From the human T2T-CHM13v2.0 reference genome, Homo sapiens, in NCBI RefSeq assembly GCF_009914755.1, contig NC_060934.1: a DNA stretch of 64,000 nt; one strand, 5' to 3'. Both the position numbers and the translations under genes were made by a program. Of this stretch, positions 42,906 to 55,907 are shown one piece after another; within the stretch, counting starts at the first letter, position 1, and each line of letters starts with the position of its first letter. Below the pieces are notes generated by a model. That model made no database searches and was not told the DNA's origin. It saw only the letters and a program-made list of their open reading frames with translations.

Positions 42906-43437
42906 ACAGGTTTATAGGTATAGATGAGACAGACATACAAATAAAGAGACAGAGAGAGAGCGTGACTTTTTGAGTCCTATAGCTGATGGTGATGGAGGAC
43001 TACACAACCTCTGTCTGTCCAAGTTACATGAGTCAATATATTACCATGCGTGTCATTAAAATCTAACATTGCTTCTAGGATAAGAAACTCTTCTCTCAAA
43101 CTTTTTTGTATAGACAGAGTTTTCTAGACACTAAGGCACCTTTCAGCTCAATCTGTATTTACTATTTACCTGCCATGGAAGATGGAAAGTGAAAGGAGCT
43201 AGTAGGGCAGGGTGCAGGCTAAGACAGGAAGCTGAACTCTATAGGTCAAAGTATCCGTATTTAAGGAGCTTTCAGTTATGCATTATCCTCCATTGATCCT
43301 GTCCAAATGGCAGATCTGCTTAGTATGGATAGTGCCAGAGTATTTCTTTACTAAAGCTTCAGTGTTTAGAGCTAGAGTGATGATTGAAACAATTCTAAGT
43401 AAGAAAGTCAAGCCTGACCAAATTCAGAAACACCTGC

Positions 43438-43912
43438 TGTAATAGACAGAATAATGAATCCCACAACGATACCCATATCCTAAAACCTGTGACTATATTA
43501 CCTTACGTAGCAAAACAGACTTTGAAGATATGATTAAATGGGGGATCATGAGATAAGGAGATTATCCTAGATTATCCAGGTAATCCAGATAGGCTCAATG
43601 CAATTATAACAGTCCTTATAAGGGAAGGCAAGCAGGTCAAAGTCAGAAAAGATGTGAGGATGGAAGCAGAGGTTGGAGTGATGCACTTCAAGGTTAAGGG
43701 AGAGGCCATGATCTGAAGAATTCAGGCAATGTCTGGAAGGTGAAATGGGAAGGAAACAGATTATCCTGAGCCTTCGGAAGGAGCACAGCCCTGATGACAC
43801 TTGATTTTAACCCCATAAAACTGATTTAGGATTTATGACCTCCAAAACAGTAAGGTAATAGGTTTGTGTTGTTTTAAGCTATCTCGTAGCAATTTGTTTT
43901 AGCAGCAATATG
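43438..43912 (+). mobile_element. MLT1D-like solo LTR
   Basis: TGTAATAGACAGAATAATG...GAGATTATCCTAGATTATCCAGGT...TTGTTTTAAGC...AGCAGCAATA. Confidence 0.85.
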
Positions 43913-44199
43913 ATCCACATGCACGAACTCAATTTTAAAACAAGAGGCCTGAAGTAGTACCCAATAAATTTGAGAAAGTACTAAGGTCCTTCAGTTTCCC
44001 TTTTAGAGTAGAATTGGCCACGATGGGAATTTATTCATATCACTCATACAAAAATAACTTCCCTCTAATTATACAACCTCTGTTTCATGTCATTTTTTTT
44101 TTCAATTAAGCATGCAGCAGAATAGTTAACAACTTGTACTTGTTTTGTTTCATGGTGTTGTTTTGCTATTATCCATTGCCCATTCTTCATTCTTGTCTT

Positions 44200-44715
44200 T
44201 TTTTAAAGAAGGACTCCCCTGCAATCCTCTATCCATGGTCTTTGGCTGCAACAAATCTACTATAGAGCTTCGGGGATGGGCACATGATGCCACCTCCAGC
44301 TAGGCAGAAGATTCTACATGTTTAACTATAATGATTGGTTCAGGAAAATGCATGTAACCCTAGTGAAAATCAAGACCAGATCTTTAGGCTGGTGCCAAGG
44401 GGCAAGTGCAGTCCTGGAGCTGCTGGTGACTTTCATCATTCATGCAGTGAAGTTTACTATCTGAGAAAAGAAGGTCATACAGGAAAAAGCACAGGCAGGA
44501 GATGGAAATTGAAAGAAACAGAGACTGAGAGAGACAAAGAGACAGAGCATCAGAGAGAAAGACAGAGAGAGATCTAGGCTCTGGTGCCAGCTGTGACCAA
44601 ACAAGATCACTTTATTTGATCCTTGTAGTTATGTGAACAATTAAGTTTAATTGTTGGTTTAAACAGTATTTTAAAGGGGGTTTTGTGACTGGAAAAGCTA
44701 AACTCTTGACTCACA
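44200..44715 (+). mobile_element. Old MLT1 (J/K-like) LTR remnant
   Basis: GATTGGTTCAGG...CATGTAACC...GTTATGTGAACAAT motifs. Confidence 0.5.
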
Positions 44716-46161
44716 CAAGTAGCTCAGGTGCACTCAGATTAAAACAGTATGAAGCAGATGGGAGCCCAGCTGGATCTCGAGAAGTGCAAAAGATTCCAGT
44801 TTCTCCAACTCTGACTTCATAGATCATGGAAATATTCACAGACATTCAGAAAAACAAGAATCTCTCACCTATTCACAGGTGCCTGGGATTTCTTCAAAGA
44901 AGCATTCACCAAACTAGTGGTAAAGGCTTAAAATTTTATACACCTAGATGAGGGAAATTTATAACTGATTTACTTAGTGTCACTAAAGTAATTTTATTAG
45001 GAAAACTGAGGCACTCTGAAACTAAAAGGAACACTAATATTTATGTCAAGGCAACAGGCATAAACAATGACTATTCCAGGCAAAACAGGATATGGTCATC
45101 CTACCCAAAAGGAGTATGGCAAGTAAACTGGCTTTTGTTTCAGAAAGCTTGAGTTCAAACCCTGCTTCTGTCACTGCAGGCTTGTAGGCTGTTTAGCACT
45201 CCGGATTTTTTTTTTTTTTCTTATTTTAAAATAGTTGGGATAGAACTCTCGAATGATTACTGTGAGAATCAAACACTTGATAAAAAAATATATAAGCACT
45301 TAACAACCATAAACACTTATGTCAACTAGTTTTATTATTATTATTAGAATCTTATTTTGTTAGAAGGAAGAAAGGAAGAAGGGTACCACAGAGATGAAGT
45401 GAGACAGGAAAAGGTAAAAGGATGAAAAGTGGTCAAGGGGCCAGCTCTAGGTTTGAGTGTGTACCTGTGGGCGGCTGCAACCTTTCTTGAAGGCAGAGGG
45501 CACCACCTAGAGGTAACATGGGTGCATTACATTCTATTGGCTGCGCTCCTGAGTCTGTAATAAGGACATTTTGTTAGCATTTCCATCAAAGGAATTGATC
45601 ATTGAGGGGCTGGCAGCCTGCCCACCTCCACAAACAGGAGTGAACTCTGGCCCTACTCTGATCCATTTAAATATTATGTGACCATCTTAAAAAAAACACT
45701 TCTCAGTAAATCTTTGATTTTACTTCCTTCGACTTAGCTAGCTAGAGACTTGGATGCAAGCCCCAGCTCCCCTACAAGGAACTGTGGGATCTTAAGAAAT
45801 TTCCTAAAATGAGGCTGTATCAGAGTCGTTTAACAGAAAATACCGTGTAGTCCAATTTGAATTCAACATCTGGCTCCACTAATTACCTTGGAAAAGTTAT
45901 TTGCCCTTCAAATATCTTCATTTTCTCAGAAAAAAAAAAAAAAAGATGAAAATAACAACAGTACCTTTCTCACGAAGTTGTTATGAGGATTAAATGAGAT
46001 GCTGCATGTAATGCACTCGCAAGAGCAGCTGGCTGATGCAAACTGTGCTTGATAGCTCATTATTTTCTCCTTCGTTGGTGCCTCCCAGACATAACCTTTT
46101 ACAGTTAAGATAATGTAGTCTAAACCAATGCAAGTAGACTTTATCTAGCTTTTAAAATTTA

Positions 46162-46509
<348 letters not shown>

Positions 46510-48183
46510 TTAACAAGTCCAGCTTCCTAAACTTCTAGTTCTAACTCATATTTTTCCCTAGTTGACTGACTTAAAGATGTGCTACCCTTTCAATTGCTGA
46601 TGTACAGACCCATGACTCTGCATCCCTCAGGATATCTACTTACTTATTATTGAACAAAATCTAATTAGGCAACTAAACTCAAAGGAAGTATCTAAGGAGA
46701 AGCCCATCAGCCTCCAAATAATCGCTGCCTTTTCATTCTATGCAGATTGAAATTTGCAATGGAAATGAGATCAGTACCATGTATATTCTTAGTTTGGAAT
46801 ATTCAAGTGGCACATTTCTTCAGATTTAACATGTACAGTATTTTAAACAACAATAGTTGTTTGACAGAAGACTCCAAACTCTTTTTATGCAGCTGTTGCT
46901 TTCAGTTGCTGAAAGATAAGAAATTTTAATTATATGGTGAAACATTTTCATCAGGAGCTTCTTGGAAATATCTTTTCTAATACATAAATTGACCACTTGT
47001 GCTGTTTTATCTCTATTCTCATTACTGAAAATTATTTGAAGTTCCATACAAATTGAATAGCTTAAAATAGATTAAAATTCTGGGTTAAAAATACAGGAAT
47101 CAAATTCAAGGTTTTTGAACACTCTGTCCTTTTTGTTCTAGCCCATACAAGTTCATCAACTCACAATTAACTGAGTAAGTATTGTGTTTGGTCTAACAGA
47201 TCTGGGCATGAGCTCTATGCATGATTTATCACAAGCATATAGGATTTCTTTTACAAGGTGAAAAGGAAAAAACCAATAAGGAAAGTCTGATATTATTTTT
47301 GTCTCTTTTGTTAAACTTGCTCTATAGAGCACATGCAGTGATCAAAATTTACTCAAAAACCTGAAGAATTTCTGTAGTCTTTAAAAATGTAGAGACAAAA
47401 GCTAGTCGTTAAAAATAATCTAAAAAAAAAAGAAAAAAGAACAGTCTGTCTCTTAGAAAAGAAGAGCCCTATGAATCTGCATTATTATTCATTTAAACTC
47501 AATTTCAGAACTTATGTAAAAAATAGACAAGATCTGAAACCTTAAAAACTAACACATACCAAGGATATATTATTTTCTGGTTTAATTATTTTATTTTTTT
47601 CTAAGATATAGCTATAAAGTAAACATGCAGCATTTAAATACATGTGTAGATTGTAAAAGTCATTTTCATTAATATCCATCTAATTATGAATTATTAGATA
47701 CCCACCCAAATATCACACTGTCCTAAGAAAGATAAAATGATGCTGGTCAGAGTAGAAAACCCAAATTTATCAAGAAATTGATGGAAGCATCTAATGAGAA
47801 ATGCTAAAGAATAGAACAAACGCTGATTAAAAACTTGATGCAAAGCCTATAAAGGCATGACAGTGCAAATAAAGTCACATGAGCCAGTAGGCAATGCCAT
47901 GTTTGGTGATGAAGACATCTGGCATTAGACTTTTGGATACCACCCTGAATCACAAAAGGCATCAATTTTGAAGTCAAGTTATGAGGACTACACTTCTAAG
48001 GCTGAGATCATTAGAAGTGTTATTTAAACAAGTTGCTTAACTTTGTCCTCAAACTCCACATATACCAAACAAGTTAGTTTGATTTGTAATTTTAACATAA
48101 GACACAAAGAAAGGCTTTGTGTCCATGAACTCTGGTGAAGGAGAGGTGTCTAGAGGTATGTGTGACTCCCTAAAATTTACTAC

Positions 48184-48340
48184 TTTTTTAGAGACAAGGT
48201 CTTGCTCTATCACCTAGGCTAGAGCACAGCATTGCAATCATAGCTCACTGCAGCCTCGAACTCCTAGGCTCAAGTGATCTTCCCACCTCAGCCTTTTGAA
48301 TAGTTGGGACTGCAGGTGCAAGCCATGGTCCCTGGCTAAT
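48184..48340 (-). mobile_element. Alu right monomer (FRAM/AluJ)
   Basis: GAGACAAGGTCTTGCTCT...ATAGCTCACTGCAGCCTCGAACTCC...GGCTAAT. Confidence 0.88.
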
Positions 48341-49408
48341 AACAACTTTATTAAATAATTATTATGATGTATTGCAGTCTTGAAATTAAATACATCAAAC
48401 CTATGAAAAATATTCTGAGAGTATTCAGCATTTTAGCAAAATTATGCAACCAAATTCATGGATGATAAACACAACATGGTTCAACAAGAAACAAGCATGG
48501 ATATTTAGAGATCATTTATAACCTGTCTGAATGATGTAAACGAGAAAAATGTGCCATTCCACAATGGATCCCCTGGGGCTTCTCTATTAAACGGACCAGC
48601 AAGCAGTATGTATCGATTAGGATACATATCTTAAATATGCAAATAGTGGCCACGCCAAAGAGATCTCCCAAGATATTTAGAATAATTTTAAAATTATACA
48701 TCATGAGAAGACTGGCCTCCTTGTATGTGTAAAACACACAAGAAGATATAACGTAGTGCTCTGAAGCTGGAGTCACTGTCCTCATTTTTAAGCTTGTATT
48801 CTCATGATATTCATGGGACCCTACTTCTCTGTAAGAGCTTTTTTGACTATTAGAATGAGGCTCAAATTCAACTGTGCCTCCAAATATCTACCCTGTGACT
48901 ATGTCTGAAGGAGAGAAATCCTGTAAAATCATTTTAAACAACCAGCAGTTATAAAACACAAAGTCCTCCCTCTTCTGATTTGTATTAGAATTGCTATTAC
49001 ATCATTTCAACATGTAATTTTCAGATTTTAACTAATGTCTGTTGCAGCTTTAAAATGCATTTAACTTTTCTCATATGTCATCTAGGACCTAACAGTTAAA
49101 AGAATCACTAAGAAAAGGAGAGTCTTTGAACATCGCTATTTTTTCAGCTTCAGCTTTACAAATAACATTGACCGTCAAGAATATTATTGCTTCACAACAG
49201 CATTTAGATGAAAGTTTCTTTTAGTTCAGCCATGATGAGATGCTTTTTCTCAGACATGTTTGTGATTTTTTTTAGTTTCTTTTCATTGTCCTATTAATCC
49301 AAATATATATTAGTAAGCACACTAATGATTGTTTAATTGATTGCTATTTTAGCTCCATTGCCTTATCAAAGAAAGGGAACTTTCATTAATCCCTGGTATT
49401 TCTTTCAG

Positions 49409-49710
49409 ATTATCTGTATGCACATTTCATCCGGTTCTCAGATATCGTCACTTGTTCACCACAGTAGAAGACTCAGAAATACCCATGGCAACACACTGGA
49501 GATCCTCACTGCCTCAAGGGCAGAGCTGGTTTGAACACGGCCTTTCCATTGCTTCACTGCCCGCCATTCACCCTCAAGGTCCATTCTGTGCCAAGGCATT
49601 GCATGTTCTCAAGGCAATGACCCTGGAGAATGAATAGCCATGTGTGGCAGTATAAGTGCTTGGAAGGTGACTTAGCCCATTTGAACAATAAAACTGTCTT
49701 TTAAACAGGT
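49409..49710 (+). other. Candidate 3'-terminal exon of an unidentified transcript
   Basis: Acceptor TATTTCTTTCAG at 49408; unique sequence richer in GC than its flanks; AATAAA at 49687-49692 with GT-rich sequence downstream. Confidence 0.4.
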
Positions 49711-50477
49711 CACAGTTTGTCTCAGAAATATTTTTTAAGGTTCCAATAGAAAAAGAGTTGAACAGTGGAAACTAAAGTATGAAACACATCTCTAAAAATA
49801 AGGAAACTAGTGTGTCCGTTCCTCTCCCCAGCTAGTTTGTTTAATTCTCTCTCACACTCTATGTATTACTACTCCCAAGAAAAAACTAGGATCCTTTTTA
49901 ATTAAAACATAATCTTATTAATAAGACAAACAAGGTCCTCCAGAAAATTTCCTATTTTTCCAGAGCATGTTTTTTTTTTGAGAAACACTCAAATTATTAG
50001 TTTTGCGAAAGAAGAAAATAGTGAACAAAACATTTTCAGCTCTCCTATCACACTGTAACATGGCATTCCACATAATTGCCTTTTTGTGTTCACCTTAGGT
50101 CTTGAAGTTCCTCTACTACCATGTCCATAAGCAAAGGCTACAATCCTTAGGACTTAGAACACTTGATATCTCTCAATCCTCTCTCCTAGGTTTTCCTCAG
50201 CAAGAAAAGCACCACTCATTTGTCAATCCTTAATCATAACAACCCTGTTATTTTATGACAGTCATAAATTTATTCTGCTGTATCTCCAACTAAATTATAA
50301 ACCCTGATAAAAAGTTTGTCTGATTCATTTTTCTATCCTGAAGTTTAACACAGTGCCTGGCATAGAGCTGGCATTCCATAAGTATATAATGAATTATACA
50401 AAAGAAAATGCAATTAAATCATAATAATGGGCAGATAGTTCTTCAGCTTTTTTAAAATGTCTTATCTATAAAGCTGA

Positions 50478-50838
<361 letters not shown>

Positions 50839-51235
50839 TATACCTAAGATATTTGAGGTCTAGAGAATTTACATGATTTGGTAACAGGCTACTTAATTTT
50901 GGGAACTACCTCCATTAATTTCCGTATCATACTTCCTTTCTGTTCTTCATTACATTTGAATAATCATTCAAATACTATGGAAATAAAAATCCTTTTTTCA
51001 TTTTTTTAGAAATAAACACTTTCTCATTAAAAATCACTCTTTGAGCACTTACGAAGAACAAGGTACTCAACTAATCTTTAAAAAGTAAATGAAAAAAGAC
51101 AATTTATTGTTCCTGAGCTCAGAGAAGTTGTCATTATTATGGTTGAACGAGAATTCTGCTTTGACTTATATTCTAGTTTCTGTTTCCAGCCATCACAATA
51201 GGAGTTAAAAAAAAAAAGAAGAAGAAAGAAAAAGA

Positions 51236-51403
51236 AATGCTGAGGTTTGCTGGCAACCATCAGAAACTAGAGGAGAATTGTGGGACAGACAGGTTCTCCC
51301 TCAAGAGTGCTCAGAGGACTAACCCTGCTGACTCCTTGATTTTGGACTTCTGGCCTCCAGAACTGTGAGAGAATAAATTTCTCTTGTTTTGAAAAAAAAA
51401 AAA
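51236..51403 (+). mobile_element. MLT1C-like LTR fragment ending in an A tract
   Basis: CCCTGCTGACTCCTTGATTTTGGACTTCTGGCCTCCAGAACTGTGAGAGAATAAATTTC then A12. Confidence 0.8.
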
Positions 51404-51457
51404 CCAAAAACTATGAACTAAAGAAATATAAAATATCCGCAGGTATTTAACTTAGTA

Positions 51458-51557
51458 CAATAGTCCTCCCTTATGTGCAGTTTCACTTTCCATGGTCAAC
51501 CATGGTCCAGAAATCTTAAATGGAAAATTACAGAAATAAACAATTTATAAGTTTAAA
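51458..51557 (+). mobile_element. MER44/Tigger7-like terminal fragment
   Basis: TA|CAATAGTCCTCCCTTAT...GGTCAACCATGGTCC...AAATGGAAAATTACAGAAATAAACAATT. Confidence 0.7.
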
Positions 51558-51667
51558 AAAAAAAGAAAGATAACTTGGGTATTTCTTCTCATAACATTCA
51601 CAAATCAGTCTCATTAGGTTTACATGTAATAAATGGCATAGCGATTTATCTATCATTGCATATTACA

Positions 51668-51756
51668 GAGGAAGGAAGGGAGGAAGGAAGGAAAGGGGGA
51701 AAGGAGAGAGAGAAGGAGAGAAAAAAAGGAAGGGGAAGAAAAGAGAGGGAAAGGGA
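51668..51756. repeat. Polypurine (GGAA/GA) tract
   Basis: About 90 bp of pure purines. Confidence 0.9.
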
Positions 51757-53044
51757 GTTCGTTGCTAAGTCTTAAAGACATGGCATAGAAATTTTAATTT
51801 TGGGGGTTTTTGTTTGTTTTAATGGTTGTTTTTTTCATTATGTTCTTTTTCTATTCCCCCTACCACCTCATTTATTTTTTTATAGAGATAATGGGTGATT
51901 ATATTGCTACCATTGCTATTAAAATTCATGTACTTTTCCCTCTACTTGGAACTTTAGAGCAAATATAATTACTTAATCTTATTGATGTTTATTGCTCTGT
52001 TGCAGTAGCTCATTTACATGCATATTTCCTCAAAGGATTTTCTTGCCTGAGGTTTGGGGAACAATTCGGTTATATTAGTTTAAATCAACAGGTATTATTA
52101 TTATAGCAATTATAAAATATATTGATGACAACCTTTCTGTAACAAACTTAAGGACAATTTATGTCATTTAATCCTCCCAAAGAGATAAGACATTGGTTTC
52201 CATAATCTTCAAATTATATAGGAAAAGGGATATAAAAATGTTAGAATGGACTTGGAGAAAATCACTTAGCAGAACATGGTCAAAATGAGAAAAATAATTT
52301 TAAAATCTGTGGCTATTGTAATAAGTACATTCAAGTGCATTAAACTGCCATAAAATCTATTGCACTTTAGTGTAAATATGAGAATGATTAAAATGAAAGA
52401 ATAATTTTAAACAAAGTTCTCTTGAAATTACAAACATTTATCGTATACTTAATAGAACTTTTCTTTATATTAACACAAAATTAATCCCTATAGGAAAAAT
52501 CAAGGCCTATAAACCATTGTCGTTATTTTTAAGAATATGTCAAATAGCCAAACTAAATTTCTTTGATCATAAAATATACTTAAGGAACCTATAATATAAG
52601 ATATACATTCTAACAATCAATGTTAATGAGAAATGGGACACTATTACAGTTCCATGTTGTTCTCAACTTTTCTCTATTAAAACTGAAAGGACAATCCCTT
52701 GAAGTGAGGGGAACACCAATATATGAAACAATAATGTTATTGAATAATATACTTCATTGGCAGAAGCTCATTACCATGGTAATGCAACTACTCAAGGCAA
52801 CATCATTTTGCTCTTTCGTCCGTGAAACTTGTTAAGGTAAAATCTGATGTTAAAATTAACACCCACTAGACGAGATTATTTCCTAGAATTATAATTATGT
52901 ATAATGGGTAACAATAGCATTTTTCACTTAACATTTTAAAAACTGTAAAAGCATCACACTTAACCCTGTGTGATCTTGGAGAAACAGGTTAAGCTTTCAG
53001 CAACTCATCTGCTCTATTTCTAAATGGGCGCCAACTTTCTATAG

Positions 53045-53931
53045 CAGGAAATGGACTGAGGAAACCCCTCAGACAGCAATAATGACCTATTTAAAAGTAG
53101 TCAAGAAACATGAAAAACAAAGCACCTTCTAGGGAGTGCAGCAAAGGGCTGTGGGGAATAACGGACTGATGAGTCACTCCCTAATAGCAGAATTGGTCTA
53201 ATCAAGGAACAGTCCCTGGCCCCACAGTAAGAAGACCTAGCAGCATCTGCCCTGTGAGATTTCAGAATTAATGCAGACAATGACTGCTGTGTGGTTTTCC
53301 TCTCTCCCTTTTTTGAATAGACACGTATCTTGTAATTATATTGCCTTAGTCTAATACTTGTGTTGGGTGTGTGTGATATTGGTAAACTTGTTAATAAAGC
53401 TCTGGATTTAGAGAAGTGCATCCTGACTTGAAGTATAAGATAAGATACTAGATTCACAGTCTGATACTGTGTTTAGATGAGATTTTATGGGGCCATTGAA
53501 AGAGATGAATGTATTTTGCATTTGTGAGGCACATATATAATTTTGAGCAGAGGGTAGAATGGTAGATTGATTACATTAATGTAATCAGTGAATGTCTCTA
53601 TATCCAAGTCATTTGCTCTGTAAATTCCCAGTCTCTCCCCTTTCTGACTCTGAAAGAGGTTGTGTCTTGTTTTGACCAATTGGTATTAGCAAATGTAATC
53701 AGAGAATTGAAAGTTGTAGGTGTATTACTATTTGCTGAGATCATTCTAGACAACAGTCAGTAGACCACAAAACAGGTAAGAGAGCACAGTCAAGACCAAT
53801 CAATCTCAGCCCAGATCAGCAGAAATGCCAAGCTGACCCATACACCAATTTGTGAAAAATAATAAATGGTGGTTGTTTTAAGCCACCAAGTTTTCAGGTA
53901 ATTTCTTTCGCAGACATCACTAACTGAAATA
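53045..53931 (+). mobile_element. MLT1 internal 3' end plus LTR (MLT1H/I-like; LTR ~53558-53931)
   Basis: MLT-int-like GATTTCAGAATT...TGACTGCTGTG; purine tract GAGGGTAGAA; LTR with CAGCCCAGATCAGC...AATAAATGGTGGTTGTTTTAAGCCAC. Confidence 0.65.
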
Positions 53932-54499
53932 ACTTCATTGGAATAATCTAGGTCTAGGGCTCCAAATCCTGTGTTGAACCAGGATTAATTACTGGACTAT
54001 AGATAGTTTCCACTGAGTTTTACCAATAAATCCCTTTTCTAAGACTATCTTTAGGAGAGTCAGTGTTGGGCATATTAACCCTAACTTCTCAGTCCAATAC
54101 TCTGATCACGAAGCTTGTCCTTAAAAGTCATGCTTAAAGCAAAATACCACAATTTCATAATCAATCCCCTAAGAACTATGAGAATAAGAACTAAATTTGC
54201 CAAAGAAAAAACTGGTGGATTATCAGCAATTCCAAATAACCACCCTCAGGATGCAAATTATTTCTCTTGAGGAATATGTGGTAAGATCTTTTTTATGGAA
54301 AGCCCAAAAGATATCCAGTATCTGGCATGGAAAATATTAATAAGGCTGACATCACAGATTGAGAAAAGTCTTAAGAAGACCTCTAAGATTTCTTCCAAGT
54401 ATCTTCCAGTGACCTCCATTATTCTGAGAGATGAAAGAGCCATCCCAAATAACTTTCCTAAACCTTGGGAGCTAAGATCCTTTTTTGGCACTCACTTGT

Positions 54500-55620
54500 A
54501 TTTGCCAGTACTGCTACATGGTGTATAAATCAAGTTTTCCAGGAAGTTATGGGAACAGAGTAGGGGAATTAATAGGCCCTGGAAGTATTTTATCTCTCTC
54601 TCACTGGAAGATTAGACATTTTAGCAAAGATAGTCACCACTTATGAAAATTGTAACAAAGAATTTGGGTTGGCCTTGGTGGTAATACTTCTTAGAGAAAT
54701 CCCACTACAAGACAGTGTAAACCTGCTTCCAGCCTCTGATGAATTCAGTTTTCCATTCTTATTAGATAAGAACTTTTTTCCTTCTAAATGTACCCATAGC
54801 CTCTGTCCCATACCAAGATTGTTCACCTCACTGGAAACCAGTAGTTACCCTTTTACCACCAAACTAACCCACTTCCATGTTATTGATGTAGTTGAAGTGT
54901 ACTCATTGGTACTTGTACCCAGGGTGAGAGAAGCCCATATGGCAAAATGTTTGGACCCAGAAATATATTATCATATTAAACACGGTAAAAGTAATGGGTA
55001 TGTCCTTCATCTGGGGGGGGGTCACCAACAGTCTTCCCAAAGATAGTACTACCTCTAGACTTTACCCAATCCATGGCACAGAGGGCAGCCAGACTCCTGT
55101 CAAAATAGGGGTGAAACAAAAGTTCTGTCACACCATATTACTGTTTCTTAGTCATGAACCACATCAGAGGAAGAGCTAGTGCTTGCCTAATCATACAGCT
55201 TAAAATCCCAGGGCCAAAATGTCAGAGTGCCACTGCAGTCTGATTTTCAGCACAGCCTAAATGCTTGGCATTGACCTAGAATGAAATGAACGATAAGGCA
55301 TTGACACACCTGCTGCTATTCCTGTCTCCATGAGTTTTCCCTGATAAATGCCACTCCAGCACCTTCAGTATGTGTGCTCTCTTGCCATTTCCCCTTATGT
55401 GTATGAGAGTTAGCAAGGCAGGATGTAGATCTGGTCAGGTGGCTAGAAAGCCACCATGGCTTTCTAGAAGAAGATTGAGGGTTCAACTGAAAATGACCAA
55501 ATGTAAAGGAGGGAAAAGTTCATCTGATGCAAATCAGTCAGGCTTTAATATGTGTGGTCACTGATGCTCACGAGAACTAACCTCGCATATTCTCTAAAAA
55601 GAGGATAGCCAGGGCAATAA
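54500..55620 (-). mobile_element. Possible degenerate ERVL-class internal sequence / LTR junction
   Basis: Minus strand AACATGGAAGTGG...GGTGGTAAAAGGGT resembles an ERVL polypurine-tract region; weak similarity only. Confidence 0.3.
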
Positions 55621-55641
55621 GATCACCTGCAGTAGAATGTC

Positions 55642-55907
55642 TTTTTTTTTTTTTTTTTTTTGAGACGGAGTCTCGCTGTCGCCCAGGCTGGAGTGCAGTG
55701 GCGCAATCTCGGCTCACTGCAGGCTCCGCCCCCTGGGGCTCACGCCATTCTCCTGCCTCAGCCTCCCGAGTAGCTGGGACTACAGGCGCCCGCCACCTCG
55801 CCCGGCTAATTTTTTGTATTTTTAGTAGAGACGGGGTTTCACCGTGTTAGCCAGGATGGTCTCGATCTCCTGACCTCGTGATCCGCCCGCCTCGGCCTCC
55901 CAAAGTG
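55642..55907 (-). mobile_element. Young AluYe-lineage element, 5'-truncated by ~34 nt
   Basis: Sense strand GGGCGAGGTGG, CCCCAGGGGGCGGAGCCTGC and GCGACAGCGAGAC (2-bp deletion); CpGs largely intact; TSD AGAATGTCTT (55634-55643 / 55908-55917). Confidence 0.88.

Noticed and set aside
54258-55564. Cluster of 60-125 aa ORFs
   Set aside because: No recognisable domain; probably decayed LTR-element internal sequence
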